A DNA stretch of 64,000 nucleotides, from positions 13,495 through 77,494 of the forward strand of contig JASEIO010000001.1 in the NCBI GenBank assembly GCA_030017475.1, in the 5' to 3' direction. The notes under the pieces are model-generated. The model had not been told where the DNA came from. It did no database searches and worked only from the letters and a program-made list of their open reading frames with translations. Numbering within the stretch: the first letter of the stretch is position 1; each line of letters begins with the position of its first letter. Shown piece after piece: positions 1-9,432 of this stretch. Source of the stretch: a bacterium. GTDB lineage: Bacteria; UBA9089; JASEIO01. The position numbers and the translations under genes were made by a program.

Positions 1-249
1 AAATGTAGGTTTGCTAAGCCGATTGGAATTGGCGTAGATTGTCCAGCCTGTGGAGGAGAGATAATTCATAGATATGGAAAAAAAGGGAGGAGGTTTTTCG
101 GTTGTAGCAATTATCCCGAGTGTAACTTTTTGAGCTTTGATGAACCAACATACGAAACTTGTCCAGAATGTGGGAAGATGCTGGTTAGGAAAAAGGGAAG
201 AGGATACCTTGCCTGTATTGCGTGTGGATATCTTTTAAAGAGGCCTTAA
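1..249 (+). CDS. topA: DNA topoisomerase I, C-terminal zinc-ribbon fragment (5' end outside window)
   Basis: Frame-1 translation gives repeated CxxC-x16-CxxC zinc-ribbon motifs (CPACGGEIIHRYGKKGRRFFGCSNYPEC, CPECGKMLVRKKGRGYLACIACG) ending at TAA 247-249. Topo I C-terminal Zn ribbons; topA-xerC-hslVU synteny as in Bacillus. Confidence 0.7.
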   Translation, partial: KCRFAKPIGIGVDCPACGGEIIHRYGKKGRRFFGCSNYPECNFLSFDEPTYETCPECGKMLVRKKGRGYLACIACGYLLKRP

Positions 250-273
250 GGATTAGGACTTATAGCTTAACTT

Positions 274-1161
274 ATGGAGTATTTGGATGAATTTATGGCA
301 TACTTAGAAATGGAGAGAAATCTTTCTCTGAATACCTTAAGAAGTTACCGTACAGATATCTTACTTTTCCGAAAGTTTTTAGGTTTCATAAATTTTAAAG
401 GAGTTACGCATACATCCCTTAGGAGGTATCTTTCTTATTTACAGAAAGAAGGTTTTGCCAGAACGACAATTGCTCGAAAATTGGCATCCCTTCGTTCATT
501 CTTTAGATTTCTTTGTAGATGGGGTTATGTAGATTCTAATCCAGTAGAGCCCATATCAACACCAAAGTTATCTAAGAGATTACCAGCTTTTCTATATCTG
601 AAAGAGGTTGAAGAACTGATCTCTCTTCCAGATGAGAAAACGGCCTTTGGTTTAAGAGATAAAGCAATCTTAGAGGTTTTGTATTCTTCTGGCGCACGAG
701 TTGAAGAATTGGTAAACTTGAACTTAGAAGATATCGATTTTTTGGGTGGGATGGCTAAGCTCTTAAGAAAGGGTGGAAAAGAGAGAATGGTTCCAATAGG
801 TTCATACGCCCTCCAGGCTTTAGAGAGATACATAGAAAGAAGGGATGAATTCGTTAAACGCGTAAAATCGAACGATGAATCAGCATGTGCCTTGTTTTTG
901 AATAGATGGGGTAAGCGATTATCGAGTAGAGGAGTTAGGATGATAATGGATAGGTATATTAAGAGGCTTTCTTTCAAGAAGCATGTCTCTCCCCATACCT
1001 TACGTCATACATTTGCCACTCATCTTCTGGATAGAGGAGCCGATTTGCGATCAGTGCAGGAATTATTGGGGCATGTCAAATTATCAACTACCCAAATCTA
1101 TACCCATGTTACTAAAGAAGGATTAAAGGAGGTTTATGATCGTACCCATCCAAGGGCATAA
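274..1161 (+). CDS. xerC: tyrosine site-specific recombinase XerC/CodV family
   Basis: 295 aa. N-terminal SAM-like core-binding region; C-terminal catalytic motifs HTLRHTFATHLL ... LLGH ... TTQIYTHV (R-H-R-Y signature). Sits upstream of hslVU as codV does in B. subtilis. Confidence 0.85.
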   Translation: MEYLDEFMAYLEMERNLSLNTLRSYRTDILLFRKFLGFINFKGVTHTSLRRYLSYLQKEGFARTTIARKLASLRSFFRFLCRWGYVDSNPVEPISTPKLSKRLPAFLYLKEVEELISLPDEKTAFGLRDKAILEVLYSSGARVEELVNLNLEDIDFLGGMAKLLRKGGKERMVPIGSYALQALERYIERRDEFVKRVKSNDESACALFLNRWGKRLSSRGVRMIMDRYIKRLSFKKHVSPHTLRHTFATHLLDRGADLRSVQELLGHVKLSTTQIYTHVTKEGLKEVYDRTHPRA

Positions 1162-1191
1162 GGGTTGTTAGTAGACAGAAAGGAGGTATAT

Positions 1192-1785
1192 ATGTATTAT
1201 GAGATAGATAGATATCTTCCAATAGAGGTGTCTACTACTCGCTGTCCACTGTCTACTACCTTTCATGGGACGACTATAGTGGCTGTGAGACATAATGGAC
1301 GGGTGGCTATTGGTGGGGATGGACAGGTGAGTTTCGGCAATGTTGTAATGAAGCATCGGGCAAAAAAGATAAGAAGGATGTATAAAGATCAAGTCTTAGC
1401 TGGTTTTGCAGGAACTGTAGCAGACGCCTTCACCCTGTTTGAGAGGTTTGAAGGGAAGTTAGATGAATTTAAAGGCAACTTACCAAGGGCAGCAGTGGAA
1501 TTGGCTAAAGAATGGAGAACAGATAAATTTTTGAGAAGACTGGAGGCGCTTTTGGCAGTGGTAGATAAGGACCATTCCCTCGTCATTTCAGGGCAAGGAG
1601 AGGTGATTGAACCTGATGATGGAGTTATTGGTATTGGGTCTGGTGGCTCTTTCGGTTTAGCGTCAGCAAGGGCATTAATCAGACATTCAAGATTGTCTGC
1701 TGCCCAAATTGTCAAGATAGCGTTAGAGATAGCCTCTGAGATCTGTGTCTTTACTAATAAGGAAATAACAGTAGAGGAACTTTAA
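1192..1785 (+). CDS. hslV: ATP-dependent protease subunit HslV (ClpQ/CodW)
   Basis: Matches B. subtilis CodW ([44 protein letters not shown] motif). ATG 1192 follows AGGAGG 1181-1186. The catalytic TT is preceded by an unusually long pro-sequence, and the ORF could also start at TTG 1165. Confidence 0.9.
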   Translation: MYYEIDRYLPIEVSTTRCPLSTTFHGTTIVAVRHNGRVAIGGDGQVSFGNVVMKHRAKKIRRMYKDQVLAGFAGTVADAFTLFERFEGKLDEFKGNLPRAAVELAKEWRTDKFLRRLEALLAVVDKDHSLVISGQGEVIEPDDGVIGIGSGGSFGLASARALIRHSRLSAAQIVKIALEIASEICVFTNKEITVEEL

Positions 1786-1829
1786 ACCGTTGTTTGTCTG
1801 TTATGGATTGAGACAGGAGGACTGATAAT

Positions 1830-3158
1830 GTGGATGGTTTAACGCCTAAACAGATTGTAAAAGAACTGGATAAGTACATTATTTCGCAGGACGAGGCCAA
1901 AAGGTCAGTGGCTATTGCCTTGAGAAACAGGACCAGGAGGAAGGAATTGCCAGAAGAGTTAAGGGACGAGGTAGCTCCAAAGAATATAATTATGATTGGT
2001 CCAACAGGGGTAGGGAAGACGGAGATTGCTCGAAGATTAGCGCGTCTTGCTAACGCCCCTTTTTTGAAAGTAGAAGCTACAAAGTTTACTGAGGTTGGTT
2101 ATGTGGGACGTGATGTAGAATCAATGATTAGGGATCTGACTAATATTGCGGTAGCTATGATCAAGCAAGAAGAGATTCAAAATGTAGAAGATAAGGCAAA
2201 GGAATTGGCTGAGGAACGTATTTTGGATATATTGTTGCCCGCTCCTCCGCAGAAAGATGTGGAGGATAAAGATCGGTTTATGGCAACCCGTGATAAATTG
2301 AGAAAAAGATTGCAAGAGGGAAGTCTTGAAGATCGATTAGTGGAAATTGAGGTGAAGGAGACCTTTGTTCCAATGATAGAGATATTTTCTACATCGGGAA
2401 TAGAGGGAATGGATTTGGGGTTTTCTGATGTCTTTTCCAATCTCTTTCCACAAAAGAAAAGAAGAAGAAAGGTAAGGATAAGAGAGGCAAGAGGAATATT
2501 ACAAAATGAAGAGGCTAACAAATTGATTGATATGGAGCAAGTGACAAGAAGGGCAATTAAAAAGGTAGAGGATTCAGGGATAATTTTTTTAGATGAGATA
2601 GATAAGATTTGTGGTGGTAATTCCAGCTCTTCGCCAGATGTATCGAGGGAGGGGGTACAAAGGGATATCCTTCCAATTGTTGAAGGTTCAACAGTTAATA
2701 CAAAGTACGGACCAGTTAAAACAGATCATATCTTATTCATTGCCGCAGGAACCTTTCATTCAACTAAACCATCGGATTTGATTCCAGAGTTACAGGGAAG
2801 ATTTCCAATTAGAGTTGAATTGACATCCTTAGGTGAAGAAGAGTTTAAGCGCATTTTAACTGAGCCTCGTAATGCCTTAATTAAACAGTATATAGCTCTT
2901 ATGAAAACAGAGGATGTGGAGTTGAGGTTTGAAGAAGACGCAATTTCGGAAATTGCCTCCATTGCCTGCCAGGTAAATGAACAGACAGAGAATATTGGAG
3001 CAAGGAGATTGCACACAATCCTTGAGAAGGTATTAGAGGAGATTTCTTTTTCGGCACCCGAACTGAAAAATAAAAAAATAAATATTACGGCGGATTATGT
3101 CAAAGAAAGACTTTCAAGGATTACCAAAGATAAAGACTTAAGTAAATACATACTATAA
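1830..3158 (+). CDS. hslU: ATP-dependent protease ATPase subunit HslU (ClpY)
   Basis: 442 aa. Walker [19 protein letters not shown]-terminus [30 protein letters not shown] is typical of HslU. GTG start at 1830 after AGGAGG 1815-1820. Confidence 0.95.
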   Translation: MDGLTPKQIVKELDKYIISQDEAKRSVAIALRNRTRRKELPEELRDEVAPKNIIMIGPTGVGKTEIARRLARLANAPFLKVEATKFTEVGYVGRDVESMIRDLTNIAVAMIKQEEIQNVEDKAKELAEERILDILLPAPPQKDVEDKDRFMATRDKLRKRLQEGSLEDRLVEIEVKETFVPMIEIFSTSGIEGMDLGFSDVFSNLFPQKKRRRKVRIREARGILQNEEANKLIDMEQVTRRAIKKVEDSGIIFLDEIDKICGGNSSSSPDVSREGVQRDILPIVEGSTVNTKYGPVKTDHILFIAAGTFHSTKPSDLIPELQGRFPIRVELTSLGEEEFKRILTEPRNALIKQYIALMKTEDVELRFEEDAISEIASIACQVNEQTENIGARRLHTILEKVLEEISFSAPELKNKKINITADYVKERLSRITKDKDLSKYIL

Positions 3159-3175
3159 ATTCTATAAATTATAAT

Positions 3176-3203
3176 TTAAGATTTAAATATAAAATGTCGA
3201 TAA
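3176..3203 (+). promoter_or_regulatory. putative sigma-28 (FliA)-type promoter upstream of flgB
   Basis: TTAAGATTT (3176-3184), 11-nt spacer, GTCGATAA (3196-3203). Compare the enteric sigma-28 consensus TAAAGTTT-N11-GCCGATAA. The same architecture recurs upstream of flgD. Confidence 0.4.
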
Positions 3204-3259
3204 ATATAATAAGATAAAGAACAGAAGGAGCTGATTTCTGATTTAATGGGAGGGGGAAG

Positions 3260-3679
3260 ATGTTTAACCACACTCTTTGGGGAAAAACAATAAATATTTT
3301 AGAGAAAGGACTTGATGCTGCCACCCTACGTCATCAAGTAATAGCTGATAATATTTCGAATGTAAATACCCCTGGATTTAAAAGAAAGGGGGTCTTATTT
3401 GAGAAGGAATTAAAAGAGGCACTGACCAGGAGACATAGATTTCAAACCAAAACCACTCATCCAAAACATATAAAGTTTACAAGTAGAGACCCTCAAGATG
3501 TCTTTCCTAAAATATTCACTGAATCTCACACATTTTATAGAAATGATTTAGGTAATGTTGATATAGATATAGAGATGTCTAATTTGGCAAAGAACCAAAT
3601 CATGTACAATGCCTTTGTAGAGAGGATTTCAGGTGGATTTAGACTCTTAAGGACTGTACTTAAGGGAGGAGGGATATAA
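3260..3679 (+). CDS. flgB: flagellar basal-body rod protein FlgB
   Basis: 139 aa. N-terminal rod motif LRHQVIADNISNVNTPGFKRK. First gene of the flagellar cluster; RBS GGGAGGGGG. Confidence 0.9.
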   Translation: MFNHTLWGKTINILEKGLDAATLRHQVIADNISNVNTPGFKRKGVLFEKELKEALTRRHRFQTKTTHPKHIKFTSRDPQDVFPKIFTESHTFYRNDLGNVDIDIEMSNLAKNQIMYNAFVERISGGFRLLRTVLKGGGI

Positions 3680-4120
3680 ATGGGATTATTTGATGCTATT
3701 GATACATCGAGTTCGGGTTTAACTGCTGAGCGCTTAAGGATGGATGTAATTGCCAATAATATTGCTAATGTCAACACAACTCGTACCCCTGAAGGTGGGC
3801 CATACCGAAGACAACAGGTAATCTTTGAGCCAAGAGAATCCCCAAGATTTAGCATTCCATTTGTAGGTAGAGATAGAAAACTCGAACCAGGGAAGGGAGT
3901 TAGGGTTGTGGCTATCCAGGAGGATGAGTCTCCACCTCGATTGGAATATAGGCCAGGTCATCCTGATGCGGATGAGAATGGGTATGTTAGATTGCCAAAT
4001 GTAAATATTGTAGTAGAGATGACAGATATGATTACTGCCACTCGTGCATATGAGGCAAATGTTCAAGTAATAACTTCTGCCAAGGATATGATGATGAGGG
4101 CATTGAGAATTGGTCACTAG
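3680..4120 (+). CDS. flgC: flagellar basal-body rod protein FlgC
   Basis: 146 aa. N-terminus LRMDVIANNIANVNTTRTPEGGPYRRQ and C-terminus EMTDMITATRAYEANVQV are FlgC signatures. Translationally coupled to flgB. Confidence 0.9.
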   Translation: MGLFDAIDTSSSGLTAERLRMDVIANNIANVNTTRTPEGGPYRRQQVIFEPRESPRFSIPFVGRDRKLEPGKGVRVVAIQEDESPPRLEYRPGHPDADENGYVRLPNVNIVVEMTDMITATRAYEANVQVITSAKDMMMRALRIGH

Positions 4121-4191
4121 ATTAGTTGTCAGTTGTTTAGATACCTATGGCTTGGAAAACCGATAACTAAATAACTAAGGGACGATGCAAG

Positions 4192-4500
4192 ATGCAGGTT
4201 GATTTGAATTCATTGTTACCAAAGCCTATATCTTCTGAAGCTAAGCCGATAAAAAAAGAGAGATCAGACTCTAGCGCTTTAATTGGTACCTTTTCAGAGG
4301 TTTTAAAAGGTGCCTTGACAGATGTAAATGACTTAGCCAATGAGGCAGATCTACTTTCACAAAAATTGGTTACAGGAGAGATTGATAATATTCATGGGGT
4401 TATGATTGCTGTATCAAAGGCAGAAGTGGCATTAGATTTGACTAATCAGATTAGAAATCGAGTGATAAGGGCTTATGAAGAAATAATGCGTATGCGCTAA
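4192..4500 (+). CDS. fliE: flagellar hook-basal body complex protein FliE
   Basis: 102 aa. C-terminus NQIRNRVIRAYEEIMRMR is typical of FliE. Sits between flgC and fliF. Confidence 0.85.
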   Translation: MQVDLNSLLPKPISSEAKPIKKERSDSSALIGTFSEVLKGALTDVNDLANEADLLSQKLVTGEIDNIHGVMIAVSKAEVALDLTNQIRNRVIRAYEEIMRMR

Positions 4501-4556
4501 GGTTATTTGTCAGGTGTTAGTATCTAAATATCTAAAAACTAAAAAGGGGAGGGGAA

Positions 4557-6191
4557 ATGCCGGAGTGGCTTTCACGGTTTGCTGAACAAATAAAAGGGGT
4601 TTGGGGTGGTCTAAATAGAGCTCAGAAGGCGATTTTAATAGGGGTTACAGGGTTTGTTTTTGTAGCCTTAACTGTCCTTATATTTTATGTTTCACGTCCA
4701 GAATGGGTTATTCTATATTCTAGATTAGATCCTGCTGAGGCAGGAAGGATAACTGCAAAATTAGCTGATTGGAAGCAACCTTATAAATTGGAAGAGACAA
4801 CAATCCTTGTGCCAGTGAAAGATAAGGATAGGATTAGATTAAGACTTGCTGCTGAAGAATTGGCTCCTACAGGAGGTATTGTAACCTTTGATATCTTTGA
4901 CAAGATAAAATTAACCACTACTGATTATGAAAGACGGGTTAACTTTTTAAGGGCCTTGCAGGGAGAGTTAACCCGGACAATTGAGTCAATTGAGCCTATA
5001 GAGAGTGCGAGGGTTATGATTGTTATGCCCGAGAAAAAACTCTATTTAGAGGAGGAAGAACCGGTTACTGCCTCTATTAAGCTTAAACTGAAACCTTATG
5101 CCCAGCTTACCTCAGGACAGGTCAAAGGGATTGTTAATCTGGCTGCTTCAGCGGTTGAAGGACTTACCCCTGAGAATGTAACTGTGGTAGATAATAAAGG
5201 AAATATCCTTTCTGATTTAATTAAACAGGAAGGTGAGATGACAACCTTGACTGCTAACCAGCTTGAATTACAGAAAGGAGAGGGAAAGGTATTAGAAAGA
5301 AAGATTCGTCATACATTAGGACAGGTACTTGGCCAAGATAAGGTGGAGGCAATTGTTAAATGTGAGATGGATTTTGATCGTGTGGAATCAAGGGCAGAGA
5401 GGTATTCAATGCCTGGATTTGAACAATTAAAGGTCTCCGAGGAGAAGGTCGATGAGCATTTTGAAGGCAAAGGGGCTACCCCTGGTGGTCCACCAGGTGT
5501 TGAGGCAAATATACCTGGGTATAAGGGAGTGGAAAAGGTAGGTCCAATGCAATATGATAAGAAGGAGGAAAGAATCAATTACCTTGCCGATAAAGAGGAT
5601 ATTGTAAGGATTCGTTCTCCTTATGTCTCAAGAATATCCGTAGCAGTATTCATTGATGGGAGTTATGAAAGGGATAAGGAAGGGAAATTGAAACTGGATG
5701 AGGAAGGAAAACCTATTTATATTCCAAGGACTAAAGAGGAGATGCAAACCTTTGAAGAGTTAGTCTGGGCTGCTATTGGGTCAGAAAAAGGGAAGACGTA
5801 TAAAGATAGGGAGTATATTGTTAAGGTTAAGAATGTCCAATTTGACCGGACTGAAGAGTGGGCTCAAGAACTGGAGGAAAAAAGGATAGTTGCGCAAAGG
5901 CGAATATTAAGCTTAGCTATTATAGGGGCATTGGTCTTTTTAGTAGGTATTGTAGCTTTAGTTAGATGGCAAGCAAGGAAAAAAAGAGAGAGGCTTGAAG
6001 AGGAGGCAAGAAGGAGGGAATTAGAAAGAGAAGCAGCTCTACGTGCAGTAGAAGAGGAGGAATTGGTGAAGTTGCCACCAGAGGAAAGAGAAAGGATAGA
6101 ATTGCAGCAAAGGACTGAGAGGATAGCTAAGGAGAAGCCAGAATTAGTAGCAGATTTAGTAAGAACCTGGATGGCAGAGGTACCAGAATAG
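4557..6191 (+). CDS. fliF: flagellar MS-ring protein FliF
   Basis: 544 aa. N-terminal TM helix, periplasmic RBM domains and a second TM helix near the C-terminus (LAIIGALVFLVGIVALV); charged C-terminal tail for FliG binding. Position follows fliE. Confidence 0.9.
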   Translation: MPEWLSRFAEQIKGVWGGLNRAQKAILIGVTGFVFVALTVLIFYVSRPEWVILYSRLDPAEAGRITAKLADWKQPYKLEETTILVPVKDKDRIRLRLAAEELAPTGGIVTFDIFDKIKLTTTDYERRVNFLRALQGELTRTIESIEPIESARVMIVMPEKKLYLEEEEPVTASIKLKLKPYAQLTSGQVKGIVNLAASAVEGLTPENVTVVDNKGNILSDLIKQEGEMTTLTANQLELQKGEGKVLERKIRHTLGQVLGQDKVEAIVKCEMDFDRVESRAERYSMPGFEQLKVSEEKVDEHFEGKGATPGGPPGVEANIPGYKGVEKVGPMQYDKKEERINYLADKEDIVRIRSPYVSRISVAVFIDGSYERDKEGKLKLDEEGKPIYIPRTKEEMQTFEELVWAAIGSEKGKTYKDREYIVKVKNVQFDRTEEWAQELEEKRIVAQRRILSLAIIGALVFLVGIVALVRWQARKKRERLEEEARRRELEREAALRAVEEEELVKLPPEERERIELQQRTERIAKEKPELVADLVRTWMAEVPE

Positions 6192-6216
6192 GCTATCAGT
6201 TAACTAAAAAGGGGAG

Positions 6217-7239
6217 GTGATTATTATGGCGGCTGTTGGGGAGCTAACAGGGCCTCAAAAGGCAGCTATACTTTTGGTTTCATTGGGTGAGGATGCCTCA
6301 GCAGATGTTTTTAAACATCTGCGTGATGAAGAGATTGAACAGATAACCTTAGAGATTGCAAGATTGCCGAGGATTGACGCAGAGCAAAGACACCGTGTTA
6401 TGGTTGAGTTTCATCAGATGATTCAAGCTCAGGAGTTTATTTCTCAAGGTGGAATTGAATATGCTCGGGAGGTGTTAGAGCGGTCTTTGGGTTCAAGTAA
6501 AGCAGCAGAGATAATTAATAGATTGATTTCTTCTTTACAAGTGAAGCCATTCGATTTTATAAGGAAGGCTGAACCGAGACAACTTTTGAACTTTATTCAG
6601 AATGAACATCCGCAGACCATTGCCTTAGTTTTGTCATATCTGCCTCCTGATAAGGCTTCAGAAGTTCTATCACAACTTCCTGCTGAACTTCAAACAGATG
6701 TTACTCAGCGTATTGCCTTTATGGATAGGACCTCTCCTGAGGTTTTGAAAGATGTGGAAAGGGTATTGGAGAAGAAGCTATCCTCTTTTATCTCAGAAGA
6801 ATATACTGCTGTTGGTGGAATTCAAACTATAGTAGATATGTTGAATATGGCAGATAGAGGGACAGAGAAGACAATTTTAGAGAGTTTAGGGGAACAGAAT
6901 CCAGAACTGGTAGAAGAGATAAAAAAGAGGATGTTTGTATTTGAAGATATTGTTTTGTTGGATGATAGATCTTGTCAAAAGGTTTTGAGAGAGGTGGAGA
7001 TATCGGATTTGGCGCTTGCTTTAAAAGGAGTGGAGGAAAAGATAAAAGATAAGATATTTAATAATATGCCTAAACGTGCTGCAGCAATGCTTCGGGATGA
7101 ATTGGAGTATTTAGGTCCGGTTAGGGCGCGCGATGTAGAAGAGGCTCAGCAAAAGATAGTAAATATTATAAGACAATTAGAAGATTCTGGAGATATTATT
7201 GTTTCTCGTGGCGGGAAAGGAGAGGCTATAATTGAATAA
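6217..7239 (+). CDS. fliG: flagellar motor switch protein FliG
   Basis: 340 aa. LTGPQKAAILLVSLGED N-terminus, ARM-repeat middle domain, and C-terminal torque-helix region DRSCQKVLREV ... MPKRAAAMLRDELEYLGPVRARDVEEAQQKIVNIIRQLEDSGDI. Confidence 0.9.
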   Translation: MIIMAAVGELTGPQKAAILLVSLGEDASADVFKHLRDEEIEQITLEIARLPRIDAEQRHRVMVEFHQMIQAQEFISQGGIEYAREVLERSLGSSKAAEIINRLISSLQVKPFDFIRKAEPRQLLNFIQNEHPQTIALVLSYLPPDKASEVLSQLPAELQTDVTQRIAFMDRTSPEVLKDVERVLEKKLSSFISEEYTAVGGIQTIVDMLNMADRGTEKTILESLGEQNPELVEEIKKRMFVFEDIVLLDDRSCQKVLREVEISDLALALKGVEEKIKDKIFNNMPKRAAAMLRDELEYLGPVRARDVEEAQQKIVNIIRQLEDSGDIIVSRGGKGEAIIE

Positions 7240-8032
7240 GATTTATAAATCTTCCTACCTTCCACCAGATGGTCCAAAAGTAATAATAGATCAAGAAGCG
7301 ATTGCTTCAACTGGAGGTCATACTGTTTTAGAGACATTAGATAATCGAATAAGGCAGGCACAAAAAAGACTTCTTAAGCTTAATGCAGAGATTGAAAGAA
7401 AAAAAGAGGAGGCACAAACATTAAAAGAGACAATAGTTCAAGAGGCGAATAAAAAGGCAGAAAAAGTTTTAGAAGAGGCAAAATGGAAAGGAGAGAAGGA
7501 AATCGAGCGTATTAAAAGACAGGCAGAAGAGGAAGGTAGAAAGAAAGGAGAGGAAGAGGGTTTTAGACAAGGGAGGCAGACAGTACAGAAACTTTTAAAT
7601 AAGCTTGAGGATATAATTACAGAGGCAAAGGTAAAAAGGAATGAGATTATTCGTTCTTCAGAGGCTGATATTATGTGTTTAGCGATTCTTATAGCAGAAA
7701 AGATTATTGGGTCTGAAATCTCAACAAATAGAGAGGTTGTTTTAAATAATGTAAAAAAGGCATTGAAAAAGATAACTGGAAAGGAAGAGATTGTAATTAG
7801 AGTGAATATAGATGATTTAGAATTGGTAAAAGGGCACAAGTCGGAGTTCTTAAATCAGGTTAGGACCTTACGAAAGATAGATTTTGAAGAGGATCCATCT
7901 ATAGAACGAGGAGGATGTAGAATATTGACTGACTTTGGTTCAGTTGATGCGAGACTTTCCACTCAATTGGATGAAATAAGGAAGAGTTTACTCAATGTAG
8001 CTGAACAGGTCAAAATAGAACCAGAGATATAG
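7232..8032 (+). CDS. fliH: flagellar assembly protein FliH (FliI ATPase regulator)
   Basis: 266 aa. Overlaps the fliG stop. Charged coiled-coil N-terminal half and FliH/YscL-like C-terminus. Placed between fliG and fliI. Confidence 0.7.
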   Translation: MNKIYKSSYLPPDGPKVIIDQEAIASTGGHTVLETLDNRIRQAQKRLLKLNAEIERKKEEAQTLKETIVQEANKKAEKVLEEAKWKGEKEIERIKRQAEEEGRKKGEEEGFRQGRQTVQKLLNKLEDIITEAKVKRNEIIRSSEADIMCLAILIAEKIIGSEISTNREVVLNNVKKALKKITGKEEIVIRVNIDDLELVKGHKSEFLNQVRTLRKIDFEEDPSIERGGCRILTDFGSVDARLSTQLDEIRKSLLNVAEQVKIEPEI

Positions 8033-8071
8033 ATACGGAGACTGGTTAACATATACAAATGGAGAATAGAG

Positions 8072-9385
8072 ATGGGGGTATATGTAGAGAGGTATAAAGA
8101 GGTGATAAATGGAGTGGACCCGATTAGATTATGCGGTCGAGTGACTAAAGTTATTGGATTAGTGATTGAAGCTGCGGGTCCTTCAGCTCGAATTGGAGAG
8201 ATCTGTCTGATTAGACTACCAGATGGATCGGAGATACGGGCAGAGGTTGTGGGATTTAGAGAAAACCGTGTTTTGTTAATGCCTATTGGTGGGATGGAAG
8301 GTATTGGTCCAGGATGTGAGGTAATTGCTACTTCACGGCCTTTAACTATAAAAGTAGGAGAAGGGTTACGTGGAAGGATATTGGATGGGATTGGAAATCC
8401 TATAGATGGGAAAGGAGAGATTGAGGCAAGTACGGAGTATTCAATCATCAATTTTCCTCCAGATCCATTAACCCGTAAAAGGGTGACCGAGCCATTATCT
8501 GTAGGAATAAGGGCAATCGATTCTACCTTGACCTTTGGTAAAGGGCAAAGGATGGGAATATTTTCTGGGTCTGGGGTTGGTAAGTCAACACTAATGGGAA
8601 TGATTGCAAGATATACCTCTGCCACGATTAATGTAATTGGACTAATCGGAGAAAGGGGAAGAGAAGTAAGGGAGTTTATTGAGAGGGATTTAGGAGAAGA
8701 AGGTTTGAAAAGGTCGGTTTTGGTAGTAGCTACAAATGATAAGCCCCCTCTAATTAGGTTAAGGGGTGCCTTTGTAACTATAACTATTGCTGAATATTTT
8801 AGGGATAAAGGGTATGATGTAATGTTAATGATGGATTCAATAACACGCTTTGCAAGGGCACAAAGAGAGGTAGGGTTAGCAATTGGAGAACCACCAGCAC
8901 AACGTGGGTTCACTCCTTCGGTGTTTGAGCTTTTACCGAAATTGCTTGAAAGGTCTGGAAATTCCGATAAAGGCTCAATCACTGGTATCTATACGATCTT
9001 AGTGGATGCCGATGATATGAATGAGCCAATTGCGGATAATGTAAGGGCAATCTTAGATGGACACATTGTATTGTCTCGGAATTTGGCATCTCGGAATCAT
9101 TATCCAGCTATTGATGTATTAGAGAGTGTATCTCGTTGTATGATCGATATTGTTTCTGAGCAACATGAAAAGTCCTCTCGGAGGTTAAGAGAGGTATTGG
9201 CAGTAATCCGCGATGCACAAGATCTAATTGATATTGGAGCTTATGTAAAGGGATCAAATCCTAAGATTGATTATGCTATTACCATGATTTCAAAGGTAAA
9301 TGAGTTTTTACGTCAAGGGATTCAAGAGAGATGTGATTATGAATCCACTATAAGTAGATTGTTAGAGATGTTCCCAGAGCAGTAA
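8072..9385 (+). CDS. fliI: flagellum-specific ATP synthase FliI
   Basis: 437 aa. Walker A GSGVGKST, Walker B MLMMDSITRFARAQRE; overall T3SS-ATPase/F1-beta-like architecture. Confidence 0.95.
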   Translation: MGVYVERYKEVINGVDPIRLCGRVTKVIGLVIEAAGPSARIGEICLIRLPDGSEIRAEVVGFRENRVLLMPIGGMEGIGPGCEVIATSRPLTIKVGEGLRGRILDGIGNPIDGKGEIEASTEYSIINFPPDPLTRKRVTEPLSVGIRAIDSTLTFGKGQRMGIFSGSGVGKSTLMGMIARYTSATINVIGLIGERGREVREFIERDLGEEGLKRSVLVVATNDKPPLIRLRGAFVTITIAEYFRDKGYDVMLMMDSITRFARAQREVGLAIGEPPAQRGFTPSVFELLPKLLERSGNSDKGSITGIYTILVDADDMNEPIADNVRAILDGHIVLSRNLASRNHYPAIDVLESVSRCMIDIVSEQHEKSSRRLREVLAVIRDAQDLIDIGAYVKGSNPKIDYAITMISKVNEFLRQGIQERCDYESTISRLLEMFPEQ

Positions 9386-9432
9386 TATTATTACAATGGA
9401 TTATATGGACTGCTGGGCGAAGCGAGGTTGAT

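Noticed and set aside
525-977. 150-aa minus-strand ORF inside xerC, plus many other 60-150-aa minus-strand ORFs inside hslVU, flgE, flhA and others
   Set aside because: All are embedded antisense to well-supported genes, lack RBS and motifs, and have skewed low-complexity composition. They are treated as spurious.
4136-4167. Reading TTTAGATA-N15-ACCGATAA before fliE as a third canonical sigma-28 promoter
   Set aside because: The -35 and spacing do not match the TTAAGATTT-N11-GYCGATAA architecture seen at flgB and flgD. It is reported as part of the conserved intergenic motif instead.
7963-8982. 339-aa ORF on the minus strand, antisense to fliI
   Set aside because: It lies entirely inside the strongly supported fliI CDS. 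Its translation is low-complexity (S/P/I/L-rich) with no motifs, the usual antisense shadow ORF of an AT-rich genome.
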